64,000 nt of DNA from an uncultured Nitrospiraceae bacterium. Lineage in GTDB: Bacteria; Nitrospirota; Nitrospiria; Nitrospirales; Nitrospiraceae. Below the pieces are notes generated by a model. It searched no databases and was not told where the DNA came from. It was given only the letters and a program-made list of their open reading frames with translations. The stretch covers positions 448,001 to 512,000 of the forward strand of contig CAVSTP010000002.1 of NCBI GenBank assembly GCA_963730935.1, read 5' to 3'. Below, in pieces: positions 18,665 to 29,300 of this stretch (position 1 is its first letter; every line of letters starts with the position of its first letter). A program made the position numbers and the translations under genes.

Positions 18665-19663
18665 TCAGCGGCAGCGTCGAGGCATCCCCCCCTCGCTGAC
18701 CGATGTGAGCCAGATATAATCGGCGATCCTGCTCGTGAGCATCTCCCGCAGCTCCTCTCGACGTCCCTCATCGTAGGAGGTCATATAGATGCTGACCTGT
18801 CGAATCGTGCCGGATAGGCGCCGGGCGACTCGTTGAGGAACCGGCAGGTTGTATTGAACGTGTCCTCCCCCCGTGTAGCTGACGACAGGTCCTGCTGCAG
18901 GATCCGCGGAACCACGCAGGGATTCCACCAGGCTCACGATGGTCTTCGCCATGCCTTCATCGCGAACCATCGACGCTTCGTACATCGTCTGATACATGTC
19001 ATCGGAGCCTCCGCCATGACACGCACGCAACTGCTCGACAATTTTCTGACGGTAAGAGGGATCATCGACGATCGTTTCCTCCTGCATGTTCCAGCGGGTC
19101 CAATCCTCCTCGCGGCGCGCCTGTGCGAGACCCCTTTTTGCCACGAGTCTCACGAGCGGTTTCGGAGGATTAAGCGCCACCAAGCGCAGATGTTCCGTTT
19201 TCGAAAAGTTGACTAACGGCTCATAGGTCTCGTATGGGCCTCCCCAGTTCTGAGTCCATCCGATCTGACTGAGAAAATCCTGCCGGGTCAGGTCGTTGCC
19301 TTGGATATAGCGGTCCAGCAAGGGCTGACTCTCCCAACCGAACATTTCCATGGCGACGACTGGACGACGGCCTGCCCGAGAAAGACGATTCAAGAGCGAC
19401 AGGGCTGTCTCGACGTGAAAGCGGTTATGGTGCTCTTCACCCACGTAGACAACCTCCTGCGGAAGCAGGCGGCGCATGAGTTCTTCAATAGAAATCGATT
19501 GTTCATTCGCCGTATCGATGATCTGCCCGGATCGGAAACTGCTCACCGCCTCCATGACAGGACCGGACGAGGCAGAGGTCTCTATTCCGGCGCAGGCGGC
19601 TGAGATCAGGAACGCACAGGGCAAAAGGACCGGTGCAAGAGGTTGTGGTAGTCGCCGCATCAT
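18665..19663 (-). CDS. ChaN/DUF399-family lipoprotein
   Basis: Lipobox AAC, VYVGEEHHN, AMEMF, RDEGMA and GGGHV. Confidence 0.85.
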   Translation of the reverse strand: MMRRLPQPLAPVLLPCAFLISAACAGIETSASSGPVMEAVSSFRSGQIIDTANEQSISIEELMRRLLPQEVVYVGEEHHNRFHVETALSLLNRLSRAGRRPVVAMEMFGWESQPLLDRYIQGNDLTRQDFLSQIGWTQNWGGPYETYEPLVNFSKTEHLRLVALNPPKPLVRLVAKRGLAQARREEDWTRWNMQEETIVDDPSYRQKIVEQLRACHGGGSDDMYQTMYEASMVRDEGMAKTIVSLVESLRGSADPAAGPVVSYTGGGHVQYNLPVPQRVARRLSGTIRQVSIYMTSYDEGRREELREMLTSRIADYIWLTSVSEGGMPRRCR

Positions 19664-19807
19664 CGCCGTTCCAATAATCTGTCTTTGTTCCTAACACACG
19701 CGTCTCGGCCCGACAAGACAACCAATCTTGACCGGTGGCGATGGGGTCGTTATGCTGGCCAACGCTCGACCATCGTAAGACTGCCGATTGTCGCTTCGAC
19801 GCCTTGA

Positions 19808-21121
19808 ATGACCTCTCAAGACCAGTTCCTTGAAGAATTTCGTTCGCAGATCACCAGACACCTCCAACAACGAGACCAGGAGTGGGAGCGTTCCCGCCGC
19901 CTCCTCGAGGTCTCGCAGTTGGCCATCACGCTTCAGCGTCTGATTGAACGTGTCCGCGCCTCCAACCTATCGCCGGCGCTCCAGGATTCACTCCTCGTTG
20001 CGCTGAATCATGGCAAGGCCCAACGCATCCAGGATTTGTCCGGCCCTAGCCTTAGGACCATCACCGGTCTGCCGCCGAGCAAGGCGCTTCGAGCCTTGTG
20101 CGTGTACTTCGATCTGGTAGAACTACGAACTTCCCGCTGGCAGGTTCCCTCGATAGACAGCGAAACCGTGTCGGCGTTTCTCAGCGATCACCCGACGCCT
20201 TTTGAGCTGTTGTTGACGTCAAATGTGCCTTCGCTTCTTGACCTCGGTGCCGGCGATCTCTCATTCGCCGCAGAGCTGGCGGATCTCTATGCACCGAAGA
20301 TCCAACAACACAACCGAACACTGATCCTGCATTGCATCGATCGGCTGCACCCTCAATCGAAGCTCGGCGGTCCCCTCCATCCGTCACCGGCACTGGTTCA
20401 ACGCCTTCGTTCGCGACCGGACCTGTCGTTTCAATTTTTGCCAGACCAAGACATGTGTGAATTCGAGAGCCTGGCACGCAACGGCAGGCTCGCCACCCGC
20501 TATACCATCTCCACCTGCTGGGCGCCCGCGACTCCAACATTCGCCTACGAGCCGACGCGGCTGTCCCCCGAAGTCATTGAAGAGGAGCTGAACCGCTCGA
20601 AGGGGGCGTTCCGCCACATCCGATATGGCAAGGAATCCGCCCTCGAAGTACAGCATCGTGACCACACGCTGCTCTTTCCGCCTTGGAAGTTTGAGATACG
20701 CGGCCCGCTGGCTCTCCTGGACCTGTTGGCGCGTTCCAGTCACGTGGGCGTGTTGGGCGCCGTTGACAGTCAGGTGTTCTGGGAAGTGCTGGCACAGCTT
20801 CTCGAAGGGGAGCGATACCGGCCGAAAAATGAGCCGTTCACATCCGACAACCTGCCCACCATTTTTGGTGATGTCTACAAACGACTTTCGGCCCTCCCGA
20901 TCGGAGAAGTGCTGGATCTCTCGACGTGCGCGCCGATGCGCACCAACTTTCCTCATGCCTTGCCCGCCACGCGCCTGCGAGACGGCTACAGGTTTCGTTC
21001 GGTCATGATCCGCCGCGGAGCGGTCTTTCCCAACATGCCGGCAAGCAGTACTGCCAGACGGTTTGGCGACATGGTGGAAGAAACACCTCCTTGGATGGTC
21101 ATCGCCGTCCCCGAACCATGA
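19808..21121 (+). CDS. Hypothetical protein with a SAM-binding-like motif
   Basis: 437-aa ORF with promoter TTGACC-17-TATGCT. LLDLGAGDL is followed by LHCID. Confidence 0.7.
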   Translation: MTSQDQFLEEFRSQITRHLQQRDQEWERSRRLLEVSQLAITLQRLIERVRASNLSPALQDSLLVALNHGKAQRIQDLSGPSLRTITGLPPSKALRALCVYFDLVELRTSRWQVPSIDSETVSAFLSDHPTPFELLLTSNVPSLLDLGAGDLSFAAELADLYAPKIQQHNRTLILHCIDRLHPQSKLGGPLHPSPALVQRLRSRPDLSFQFLPDQDMCEFESLARNGRLATRYTISTCWAPATPTFAYEPTRLSPEVIEEELNRSKGAFRHIRYGKESALEVQHRDHTLLFPPWKFEIRGPLALLDLLARSSHVGVLGAVDSQVFWEVLAQLLEGERYRPKNEPFTSDNLPTIFGDVYKRLSALPIGEVLDLSTCAPMRTNFPHALPATRLRDGYRFRSVMIRRGAVFPNMPASSTARRFGDMVEETPPWMVIAVPEP

Positions 21122-21261
21122 TCTGAGGGCGTCTCGGGTGTTCGACGCGCCGATCGTGTGCTGGAATCGGCAGAAAAATTGACCGCCATTCCACCCTTTG
21201 TTAGACTTCAGCGGTGTCACACCACTATCCATTTCGTCGCCACCAGAGCCGATAATCCCCG

Positions 21262-22203
21262 ATGAACGTACCGCGCCCTCTTCAAGCCATCCAGGACAAT
21301 ATTGCCCGCGTGATTAAGGGAAAATCTCACGTCATCGAGATGGCGGTCGTGTGCCTCCTGGCCCGAGGACACTTGCTGCTCGAAGACGTCCCGGGTGTGG
21401 GCAAGACAACACTCGCGCATAGCCTGGCCCGTTCGCTCGACTGTTCGTTCAAGCGCATTCAATTCACGAGCGATTTGTTGCCCTCCGATATCGTCGGCGT
21501 CTCGATCTTCAACCGCCAACAACAGGCGTTTGAATTCGTGCCTGGTCCGATTTTCGCCAACATCGTCCTCGCCGACGAGATCAATCGGACGACCCCTAAA
21601 ACACAAAGCAGCCTGTTGGAAGCGATGAGTGAGGCGCAGATTTCGGTGGACAATCAAACCCATTCGCTGAAGCAGCCGTTCATGGTGATTGCGACGCAAA
21701 ACCCTGCTGAGTATCACGGCACCTTTCCGCTTCCGGAATCTCAACTCGACCGATTCTTGATGCGCTTGCGCATCGGCTATCCATCAGTGGAAGAGGAATT
21801 GAAGGTGCTCAATCGTCCGTACGCGCTGCATCCGGCCGATATTCTGGCTCCGGTGCTTTCCACTCAGGACGTGCTGGAACTTCAACGTGGGATCGAGCAC
21901 GTGCATATGGATGACAGTGTCGGTGAATACCTGCTGGCCCTCGTTCATGCCACAAGACAGAGTGAACTCTTGTCTCTCGGCGTCAGCACGAGAGGGGCCC
22001 TGGCCCTCAACAATGCGGCCAAAGCTTTGGCGCTAGTGCGCGGCCGCGATTTCTGCCTGCCGGACGACGTGAAGGAACTGGCGCCCATCATCCTGTCGCA
22101 CCGGGTGATGCTCAGCCGGGCGCAAGGCATGCGGATGCAGAGCTTTGAACAAGCCGAGCGCGTCGTCCTCGACATCGTCGACACAATTCCCGTTCCTGTT
22201 TGA
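21262..22203 (+). CDS. moxR: MoxR-family AAA+ ATPase
   Basis: LLEDVPGVGKT, RIQFTSDLLPSD, LADEINRT, ATQNP and PLPESQLDRF. Confidence 0.95.
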   Translation: MNVPRPLQAIQDNIARVIKGKSHVIEMAVVCLLARGHLLLEDVPGVGKTTLAHSLARSLDCSFKRIQFTSDLLPSDIVGVSIFNRQQQAFEFVPGPIFANIVLADEINRTTPKTQSSLLEAMSEAQISVDNQTHSLKQPFMVIATQNPAEYHGTFPLPESQLDRFLMRLRIGYPSVEEELKVLNRPYALHPADILAPVLSTQDVLELQRGIEHVHMDDSVGEYLLALVHATRQSELLSLGVSTRGALALNNAAKALALVRGRDFCLPDDVKELAPIILSHRVMLSRAQGMRMQSFEQAERVVLDIVDTIPVPV

Positions 22204-22213
22204 ATCCACGGCC

Positions 22214-23371
22214 ATGGTCAGGCCTGCGATGAACCGCTTCAGGCACTTGCGCGCCGCCCGTCTCAGGTCCCAACTCCGCTTTTTGGCCACCCGCCGGTCG
22301 CTCCGACTGACGTCTGAAGGCACCCGCTTCTTATTGTTCACGATCGGTATCGGCGTGGCAGCCGTGAACACCGGCAACAATCTCTTCTATCTGCTGCTGG
22401 CGATGATGCTGAGCGTCGTGGTGATCTCCGGTGTCCTGTCCGAGCAGTGTTTGCGCCGACTCGACTTCCACCGACATGTGCCGGATCTCATCATGGCCAA
22501 CCAGCCGACGATGGTGACCCTCTCGGTGACCAATCGTAGCCCATGGCTGCCGAGCTTTTCCCTTCGCCTTTTTGACGTCGTAGGCGGACAGGATATCGAC
22601 CGCGGGCTGTTCGTGGACCATTTGCAGGCCCAGCGCTCGGTACTGCTTTCTTACCCGATCCTGGCCACCACCCGCGGACGGCTGAAACTCGAAGGCATCA
22701 GAGCGGAGACGTTGTTCCCCTTCGGATTGTTTCTCAAGCGGGCGCTCTATCGCGTTCCGGCGGAAATTCCGGTCAGCCCTTCGATCAGGCCGCTGTCGCT
22801 CCGATTTGTCGACGAACTCGTCAGCGAAGGCCAGGGGTTGTCGCTTCCGCGCCGTGGACATGGGATGCAGCTGTATAATTTACGTTTGTACCGTCCTGGA
22901 GATGACTCCCGTGCCATCCACTGGATGACCACCGCGCGCACCTCCAACCTGATCGTTCGTGAAACCGAAGCCGAGGACCAGCGACGCGTCACCATTGCAC
23001 TTTCAACGTTGGCACCGGACGATCACGAGGCACTCTTTGAGCAGAGCGTGACGCTCGTCGCCTCGCTCCTCTGGCAACTCTCGCAAAAGTCCTATCCCTT
23101 GCGTCTGATCGTCGATGCAGCGGATTCGGGACTGGGTTCCGGATCGGACCATCTCGTGGCCATGCTCCGGCTGCTCGCCCTCTGCGAGCGTCGGTCTCCC
23201 GGATCCAGTGAGCAGCCCTCCGTCGATCCACTGTGGGACCTTGGGCATGACGCCGAGCGTGGCTACACCGTCGCCGTCATGCCGTGGTCCGATCCTGCGC
23301 TGTCTCCGCCCATGGCGGTCGACCGCATGTTGCACGCATCGCACATCGAGGCCCTGACGCATGATTTTTGA
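22214..23371 (+). CDS. DUF58 domain protein
   Basis: NTGNNLFYL TM pair, FPFGLF and LRLYRPGDDSRAIHWMTTAR. Confidence 0.9.
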   Translation: MVRPAMNRFRHLRAARLRSQLRFLATRRSLRLTSEGTRFLLFTIGIGVAAVNTGNNLFYLLLAMMLSVVVISGVLSEQCLRRLDFHRHVPDLIMANQPTMVTLSVTNRSPWLPSFSLRLFDVVGGQDIDRGLFVDHLQAQRSVLLSYPILATTRGRLKLEGIRAETLFPFGLFLKRALYRVPAEIPVSPSIRPLSLRFVDELVSEGQGLSLPRRGHGMQLYNLRLYRPGDDSRAIHWMTTARTSNLIVRETEAEDQRRVTIALSTLAPDDHEALFEQSVTLVASLLWQLSQKSYPLRLIVDAADSGLGSGSDHLVAMLRLLALCERRSPGSSEQPSVDPLWDLGHDAERGYTVAVMPWSDPALSPPMAVDRMLHASHIEALTHDF

Positions 23372-25553
23372 GCAGGCCCTCAGAGGCAGTGCCGTACTCT
23401 TGGCAGCCACAGGATTTTTGGGGCTGCTGTTCGCGCGCAGTATTCCGCTCTGGTTGACGGGTATGACCCTGACGGCGCTGATCTACGCTGTCCTGCAGTC
23501 GGCCGGTTGGTCGGCTGGTTGGCCGGCCGGCCGCCGTGGCATCGCTCCACCCGCCGCACCAGTCGTCTGGAATGCGCTGTTGATTGGCGCGTTCGGACTC
23601 TTTCTCGTGGACCTCACGACCATCTCCCAGGAACTGCTTCCAGCCGGCATCCACTTCCTCGTCATCCTCCTTAACGTCAAACTCATCACCCTGCAGGATC
23701 GCCGTGACTACCGCCATCTTTATGCGATCTCTCTCATGGCGGTGCTGGCCTCGGCAGCTTTGACCACCGACCTCTGGTACGTGTCGGTCTTCGTGTTGTA
23801 TGTCTTGGCGGCGGTCTGGAGCTTACTGCTGTACCATCTGACCGGCAGAACTGCTGTAACCCCTCTTTCAGCCAGCAGCCCACCTGCCGCTCTTCCCGCA
23901 TCTCTGCGGATCACGGAGAGGTTTTTCTGGTTGACGAACGGCATCGCCCTCTCGACGTTTGCGTTGACGCTCCTGATTTTCTTTCTGCTCCCCCGCATCA
24001 GCATCGGCATCCTGCAAAAGCCCCGAGGAGAAGGCTTGCGGACGACGGGATTTTCGGAACGAGTCGATCTCGGCATGATCGGCTCCGTGAAAGAGGACCC
24101 GCAGATCGTGATGCGAATAGAGTTGCCGGATCAGACGGCTAGCAGCAGAGAGCGATTCTACTTGCGCGGCCTTGCCTACGATCAGTACAACGGCCGATCG
24201 TGGAGTGCTGGCAGCCGGCAACGCCGAAGCCTCGGACTCGTGGCCGACGGCATATTTGTGGTTCGCTCGGCAGGCAAACGAAGCCTCTCCAGTCTCTCCG
24301 AACCGCTGCGTCAGGACATTTTGCTTGAGGCCTTGGATACGTCGGTGCTGTTTGCCGCTCCTTTCGCCGAATCGCTGAGCGGTGAATTCCCAGGCGTCCA
24401 GGTCGACAGCATGACTGGGCTTCACCTGCCGTATTCCTCAACATCGCGGATGCGCTATTCCGTCGTGTCGCGCGAACACCGGATTCTGCCGAGTGAACAA
24501 TCCGGCGCGGCTCTGGAGTATCCCCCCGCCATCCGCGACCGGTATCTCCAGATCCCTACTCACTCTGATCGAATTGCGGAATTAGCCCACAGTGTGGCGC
24601 GAGGAGCCGCCTCGCCGTACGAGAAGGCCACAGCGGTGCTGCAACATCTGTTGTCGAATTATGCCTATAGCCTTGAGGTGGGCACGACGAGCTCCGGCCC
24701 TCCGATTGACGAGTTTCTGTTTACCAGGAAGACCGGGTATTGTGAACATTATGCGACGGCGATGGTCCTCATGCTCAGAAGCATCGGCATCCCGTCGCGT
24801 TTGGTGACAGGATTCTTGGTAACGGAATGGAACGAGTTCGGAAACTACTACACCGTCCGGCAACGTGACGCCCATGCGTGGGTGGAAATGTATTACCCGC
24901 AATCAGGGTGGATTACGATGGATCCAACGCCTTCAAACCCTCTGGTCTTGGCTCCCTCCTTCTGGGTCGCATTCCAACGATTTGGGGAATCCCTACGCCT
25001 CCATTGGGATCGTGTGTTCATCCGATACAGCGGGCGTGATCAATTGGCCATCATCCACAGTTTACGGGACGGCAGTGATTCCGCCCGTGACGCGCTCGGT
25101 CAGTGGACTTCCGCAGTCGGCTCGGCATCCGCTCAGTTTATGCAAACCTGGGCGGAGCGAGTGCAGACACTTCATCGGAACATATTGTGGACGTTGATGC
25201 TGGTCTTGGCGATCGGCGTCACCAGTCTGATTCTCTTGATCTCGGACCGATGGCCGTACGGCCGCGCAACACCGCGTCCCGCGGCACGAACACAACAGCA
25301 GATCGTTCACGTATACAAGAAGATGCTGGCATTGTCTGCGCGGCGGGGGATACGCATCACACCGTCGACAACCCCCACGGAGGTGTCGAGGCTCGTGAGC
25401 GAGCGATGGATAGCCGCTGAATCCATCGTCGTCAGACTGACAACGCTTTATTGCCGAGCGCGTTTCGGCGTCGGCTCAGTGTCGAGCGAAGAACTCATGC
25501 AAGGTGTCAAAGACCTTGCCGTGCTGAAACGGCTCGCGCGCACACGCGAATAG
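23361..25553 (+). CDS. Transglutaminase-domain membrane protein (TgpA-like, DUF3488/DUF4129)
   Basis: Multi-TM N-terminus, and GYCEHYA, HAWVE and DPTP providing the Cys-His-Asp triad. Confidence 0.92.
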   Translation: MIFEQALRGSAVLLAATGFLGLLFARSIPLWLTGMTLTALIYAVLQSAGWSAGWPAGRRGIAPPAAPVVWNALLIGAFGLFLVDLTTISQELLPAGIHFLVILLNVKLITLQDRRDYRHLYAISLMAVLASAALTTDLWYVSVFVLYVLAAVWSLLLYHLTGRTAVTPLSASSPPAALPASLRITERFFWLTNGIALSTFALTLLIFFLLPRISIGILQKPRGEGLRTTGFSERVDLGMIGSVKEDPQIVMRIELPDQTASSRERFYLRGLAYDQYNGRSWSAGSRQRRSLGLVADGIFVVRSAGKRSLSSLSEPLRQDILLEALDTSVLFAAPFAESLSGEFPGVQVDSMTGLHLPYSSTSRMRYSVVSREHRILPSEQSGAALEYPPAIRDRYLQIPTHSDRIAELAHSVARGAASPYEKATAVLQHLLSNYAYSLEVGTTSSGPPIDEFLFTRKTGYCEHYATAMVLMLRSIGIPSRLVTGFLVTEWNEFGNYYTVRQRDAHAWVEMYYPQSGWITMDPTPSNPLVLAPSFWVAFQRFGESLRLHWDRVFIRYSGRDQLAIIHSLRDGSDSARDALGQWTSAVGSASAQFMQTWAERVQTLHRNILWTLMLVLAIGVTSLILLISDRWPYGRATPRPAARTQQQIVHVYKKMLALSARRGIRITPSTTPTEVSRLVSERWIAAESIVVRLTTLYCRARFGVGSVSSEELMQGVKDLAVLKRLARTRE

Positions 25554-25744
25554 CCTTCCAGTTTCCGCTTCTTTAAGCACGCCATTCCTGGTCGCACGTT
25601 CACACCATTTCGAGACTTCTGGATTCTTGCAGAGGAGGGCCCATAGCCTCGCGACTCACGAGGGGAATCACACTGGAGGTGTTTGTCCGGCAGCGCAAGG
25701 AAGAGGACTTCGCCGATGAGCCGCCGGCACGAGCAAGCTAGGTC

Positions 25745-25819
25745 TGGAGCGGGAAAAGGGATTTGAACCCTCGACCCTCGCCTTGGCAAGGCGATGCTCT
25801 ACCACTGAGCTATTCCCGC
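25745..25819 (-). tRNA. tRNA-Gly(GCC)
   Basis: GCGGGAATAGCTCAGTGGTAGAGC...TTGCCAA...GGTTCAAATCC...CCCGCTCCA cloverleaf. Confidence 0.97.
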
Positions 25820-25845
25820 TCAAGGATGGTGGGGAAAGAGGTCGG

Positions 25846-25874
25846 ATTCTACTCATGAGCCTCCGGGCTGTCAA
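25846..25874 (-). promoter_or_regulatory. Sigma70 promoter of tRNA-Gly
   Basis: TTGACA-17 bp-TAGAAT. Confidence 0.8.
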
Positions 25875-26089
25875 GCAATGAACAGCTCGGGACGAGAGGG
25901 TGGAACTCGTTACGTATCGAGAAGCGTGCTACGAAATGGTAACACGGGCAAAATATTCATAAGCTGATGTTTGTTCAGCGGTTTTTTATATTTCTGAGCT
26001 TGGCACTCAGTTGGGCGATACAGCCAATACCCATAGGTAACGAAACCCGATAATTCGTCAGACCGTCAAACAGTAACTTTAACCTTTGT

Positions 26090-26153
26090 TATCAACAATT
26101 TAACTGTCTTCCATCGCTATCCCACCCGCGCTGAGTATGGCGTGTATTTTGCC
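26090..26153 (+). promoter_or_regulatory. IHF site plus sigma54 promoter of nxrAB
   Basis: TATCAACAATTTA (WATCAAN4TTR) at 26090 and TGGCGTGTATTTTGCC (GG-N10-GC) at 26138. Confidence 0.75.
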
Positions 26154-26346
26154 AATCCTATAGCCCCATGATGCTGGAAATTTCTAGAAAATCGATCCTG
26201 CAGCCGCAGTTAGATGCTGGCCGCTCGCTCATTTTCGACGAACTCTCAGCACCAGCTCTTGAGATGAAGGGGGGTGGGAAACATCCGTTGTGTGTCGCGT
26301 TAGGAATGTGGGCTCTCTGAGAGCCTCAACTTAGGAGGTGTCACCA

Positions 26347-29300
26347 ATGTTTCTGTCACGCAGACAGTTTTTAAAGGTCACGGCCGGGACGGTTGCCGCA
26401 GTAGCGGTGGCCGATAAGGTCCTGGCGTTGACGGCTCTGCAGCCGGTCATCGAGGTGGGCAACCCCCTCGGCGAATATCCAGACCGGTCGTGGGAGCGGG
26501 TCTATCACGATCAGTACCGGTATGATTCCTCGTTTACGTGGTGTTGTTCTCCCAACGACACGCACGGCTGCCGCGTGCGGGCCTTCGTCCGTAACGGCGT
26601 CGTCATGCGCGTCGAGCAGAACTACGATCACCAGACGTACGAAGACCTCTACGGCAACCGCGGGACGTTCGCGCATAACCCGCGCATGTGCTTGAAGGGG
26701 TTCACCTTCCATCGCCGCGTGTACGGCCCCTATCGCTTGAAGGGACCGTTGATGCGCAAAGGTTGGAAGGAGTGGATGGATGCCGGAGGTCCGGAACTGA
26801 CCCCGGATGTGAAGCGCAAATACAAATTCGACGCCCGTTTCCTGGACGACATGATGCGGGTGTCTTGGGATACGGCGGCGACCTATGCGGCCAAAGGCTG
26901 CATTCTGATCGCGACCCGCTACAGCGGGGAAGCCGGAGCCCGGCGGTTGCGGGAACAGGGCTATGCGCCGGAAATGATCGAGATGATGAAGGGCGCCGGG
27001 GTGCGCTGCTTCAAGCATCGCGCCGGTATGCCGGTCCTGGGCATCATCGGCAAGATGATGAACACGCGGTTTAACGGTGGAGTATTACCCCTTCTCGATT
27101 CGTGGATTCGCAAGGTGGATGCGGATCGGGCACAGGGCGGCAAGTACTATTCGAACTATACCTGGCACGGCGACCAGGACCCGTCGCATCCGTGGTGGAA
27201 CGGCACTCAGAACTGCGACGTCGACCTCTCCGACATGCGCTTCTCCAAGCTGAACACCAGCTGGGGCAAGAACTTCGTCGAGAACAAGATGCCGGAGGCG
27301 CACTGGAAGCTCGAGTCGATCGAGCGCGGCGCCCGCATCGTCGTGATTACGCCGGAGTACAACCCCACGGCCTATCGGGCGGACTACTGGATTCCGGTCC
27401 GGCCGCAAACCGATGCGGCGTTGTTCTTGGGCAGCTGCAAACTCATCCTCGATGAGAATTTGCAGGACATCGATTACATCAAGCAGTTTACCGACATGCC
27501 GCTGCTCGTCCGCACGGATACCTTGCAGTATCTGGACCCGCGCGATGTGATCGCCGATTTCAAGTTCCCGGATTTCTCCAAGAGCTACTCGGGTCGCATT
27601 CAAGCCCTCAAGCCGGACCAGATTGAACGCCTGGGCGGCATGATGGTGTGGGACCTCAACAAGAAGCAGGCGGTGCCGCTGCATCGGGAACAAGTGGGCT
27701 ACCACTTTGTCCAGTCCGGCATTGATCCAGCCTTGACGGGGACCTTCCGGGTCAAGCTGTTGAATGGCCGCGAAGTCGACGTTTCGCCGATCTATCAGAT
27801 GTACCTCGTGCACCTGCAGGACTACGATCTGGACACCGTGGCGCAGATCACGCGCGCGCCGAAGGACCTCATCGTGCGGTACGGCCGGGATTCGGGCACG
27901 ATCAAGCCCGCGGCGATGCACAACGGCGAAGGCGTCTGCCACTATTTCCATATGACGGAAATGGGACGAGCCGCCGCGCTGATATCAACCCTTACTGGGA
28001 ACATCGGGAAGTTCGGCACCGGCTGTCACACCTGGTCGGGCAACTACAAGGCGGGCATCTGGAATGCCACGCCCTGGTCCGGCGCAGGCTTGGCCGTGCA
28101 CACGGGCGAGGATCCGTTCAATCAGACCCTCGATCCGAATGCGCACGGAAAAGAAATCAAGACGAAGAGCTACTACTACGGCGAGGAAGTGGGATACTGG
28201 AACCACGGGGACACGGCCCTCATCGTCAACACGCCGAAGTACGGCCGCAAGGTGTTCACGGGCAAAACCCACATGCCGAGCCCCAGCAAAGTCCGCTGGG
28301 TGACCAACGTGAACATTTTGAACAACGCCAAGCACCACTATGACATGGTGCGCAACGTGGATCCGAACATCGAGATGATCGTGACGCAAGACATCGAGAT
28401 GACCTCGGACGTGAACCATGCCGACATCGCCTTTGCCTGCAATTCCTGGATGGAATTCACCTATCCGGAAATGACGGCGACGGTGTCGAATCCCTGGGTG
28501 CAGATTTGGAAGGGCGGGATCCGTCCGTTGTACGACACACGCAACGACGCCGACACGTTCGGAGCCGTCGCGGTGAAGTTGACGGAAATGACAGGCGATG
28601 TCCGTATCCGCCAGGTCTTCCACTTCGTCTACATGAACCGCGTCGACGTATACGTACAGCGTGCGCTGGATGCCAGCGCGACCTGCTACGGCTACAGCGC
28701 GGACGTCATGTTGAAGTCGGAGAAGGGCTGGATGGTCATGGGACGCACCTATCCGCGCCATCCACTCTGGGAAGAAACCAACGAGTCCAAGCCACAATGG
28801 ACGCGGTGCGGCCGGATCGAGACCTACCGGATCGAGCCGGAAGCGATCGAATACGGAGAGAACTTCGTCGTGCATCGCGAAGGGCCGGAGGCGACGCCTT
28901 ACCTGCCGAACGCGATCATGACGAGCAACCCGTACGTCCGACCGGACGACTACGGGATTCCCATCACGGCGCAGCACCACGACGACAAGCACGTCCGCAA
29001 CATCAAGCTACCATGGGGCGAGATCAAGCGGAACCAGAACCCGTTGTGGGAGAAGGGGTACCAGTTCTACTGCGTCACCCCGAAGACGCGGCACCGGGTG
29101 CACAGCCAGTGGTCGGTGAACGACTGGGTGCAGATTTACGAGTCGAACTTCGGCGATCCGTATCGGATGGACAAACGGACACCGGGCGTCGGCGAGCACC
29201 AGTTGCACATCAATCCGCAGGCCGCCAAGGACCGCGGCATCAACGACGGCGACTACATCTATGTGGACGGCAACCCGGTGGACCGGCCGTATCGCGGCTG

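Noticed and set aside
19728..19760. Fluoride riboswitch (GGCGATGG...)
   Set aside because: The match stops after 8 nt. It sits in the spacer of a TTGACC-17-TATGCT promoter and no fluoride-related gene follows.
21262..25553. MoxR-DUF58-transglutaminase triad as a novel system
   Set aside because: This is a widespread, already described gene arrangement.
26001..26016. Second sigma54 site TGGCACTCAGTTGGG
   Set aside because: It lacks GC at the required GG-N10-GC spacing.
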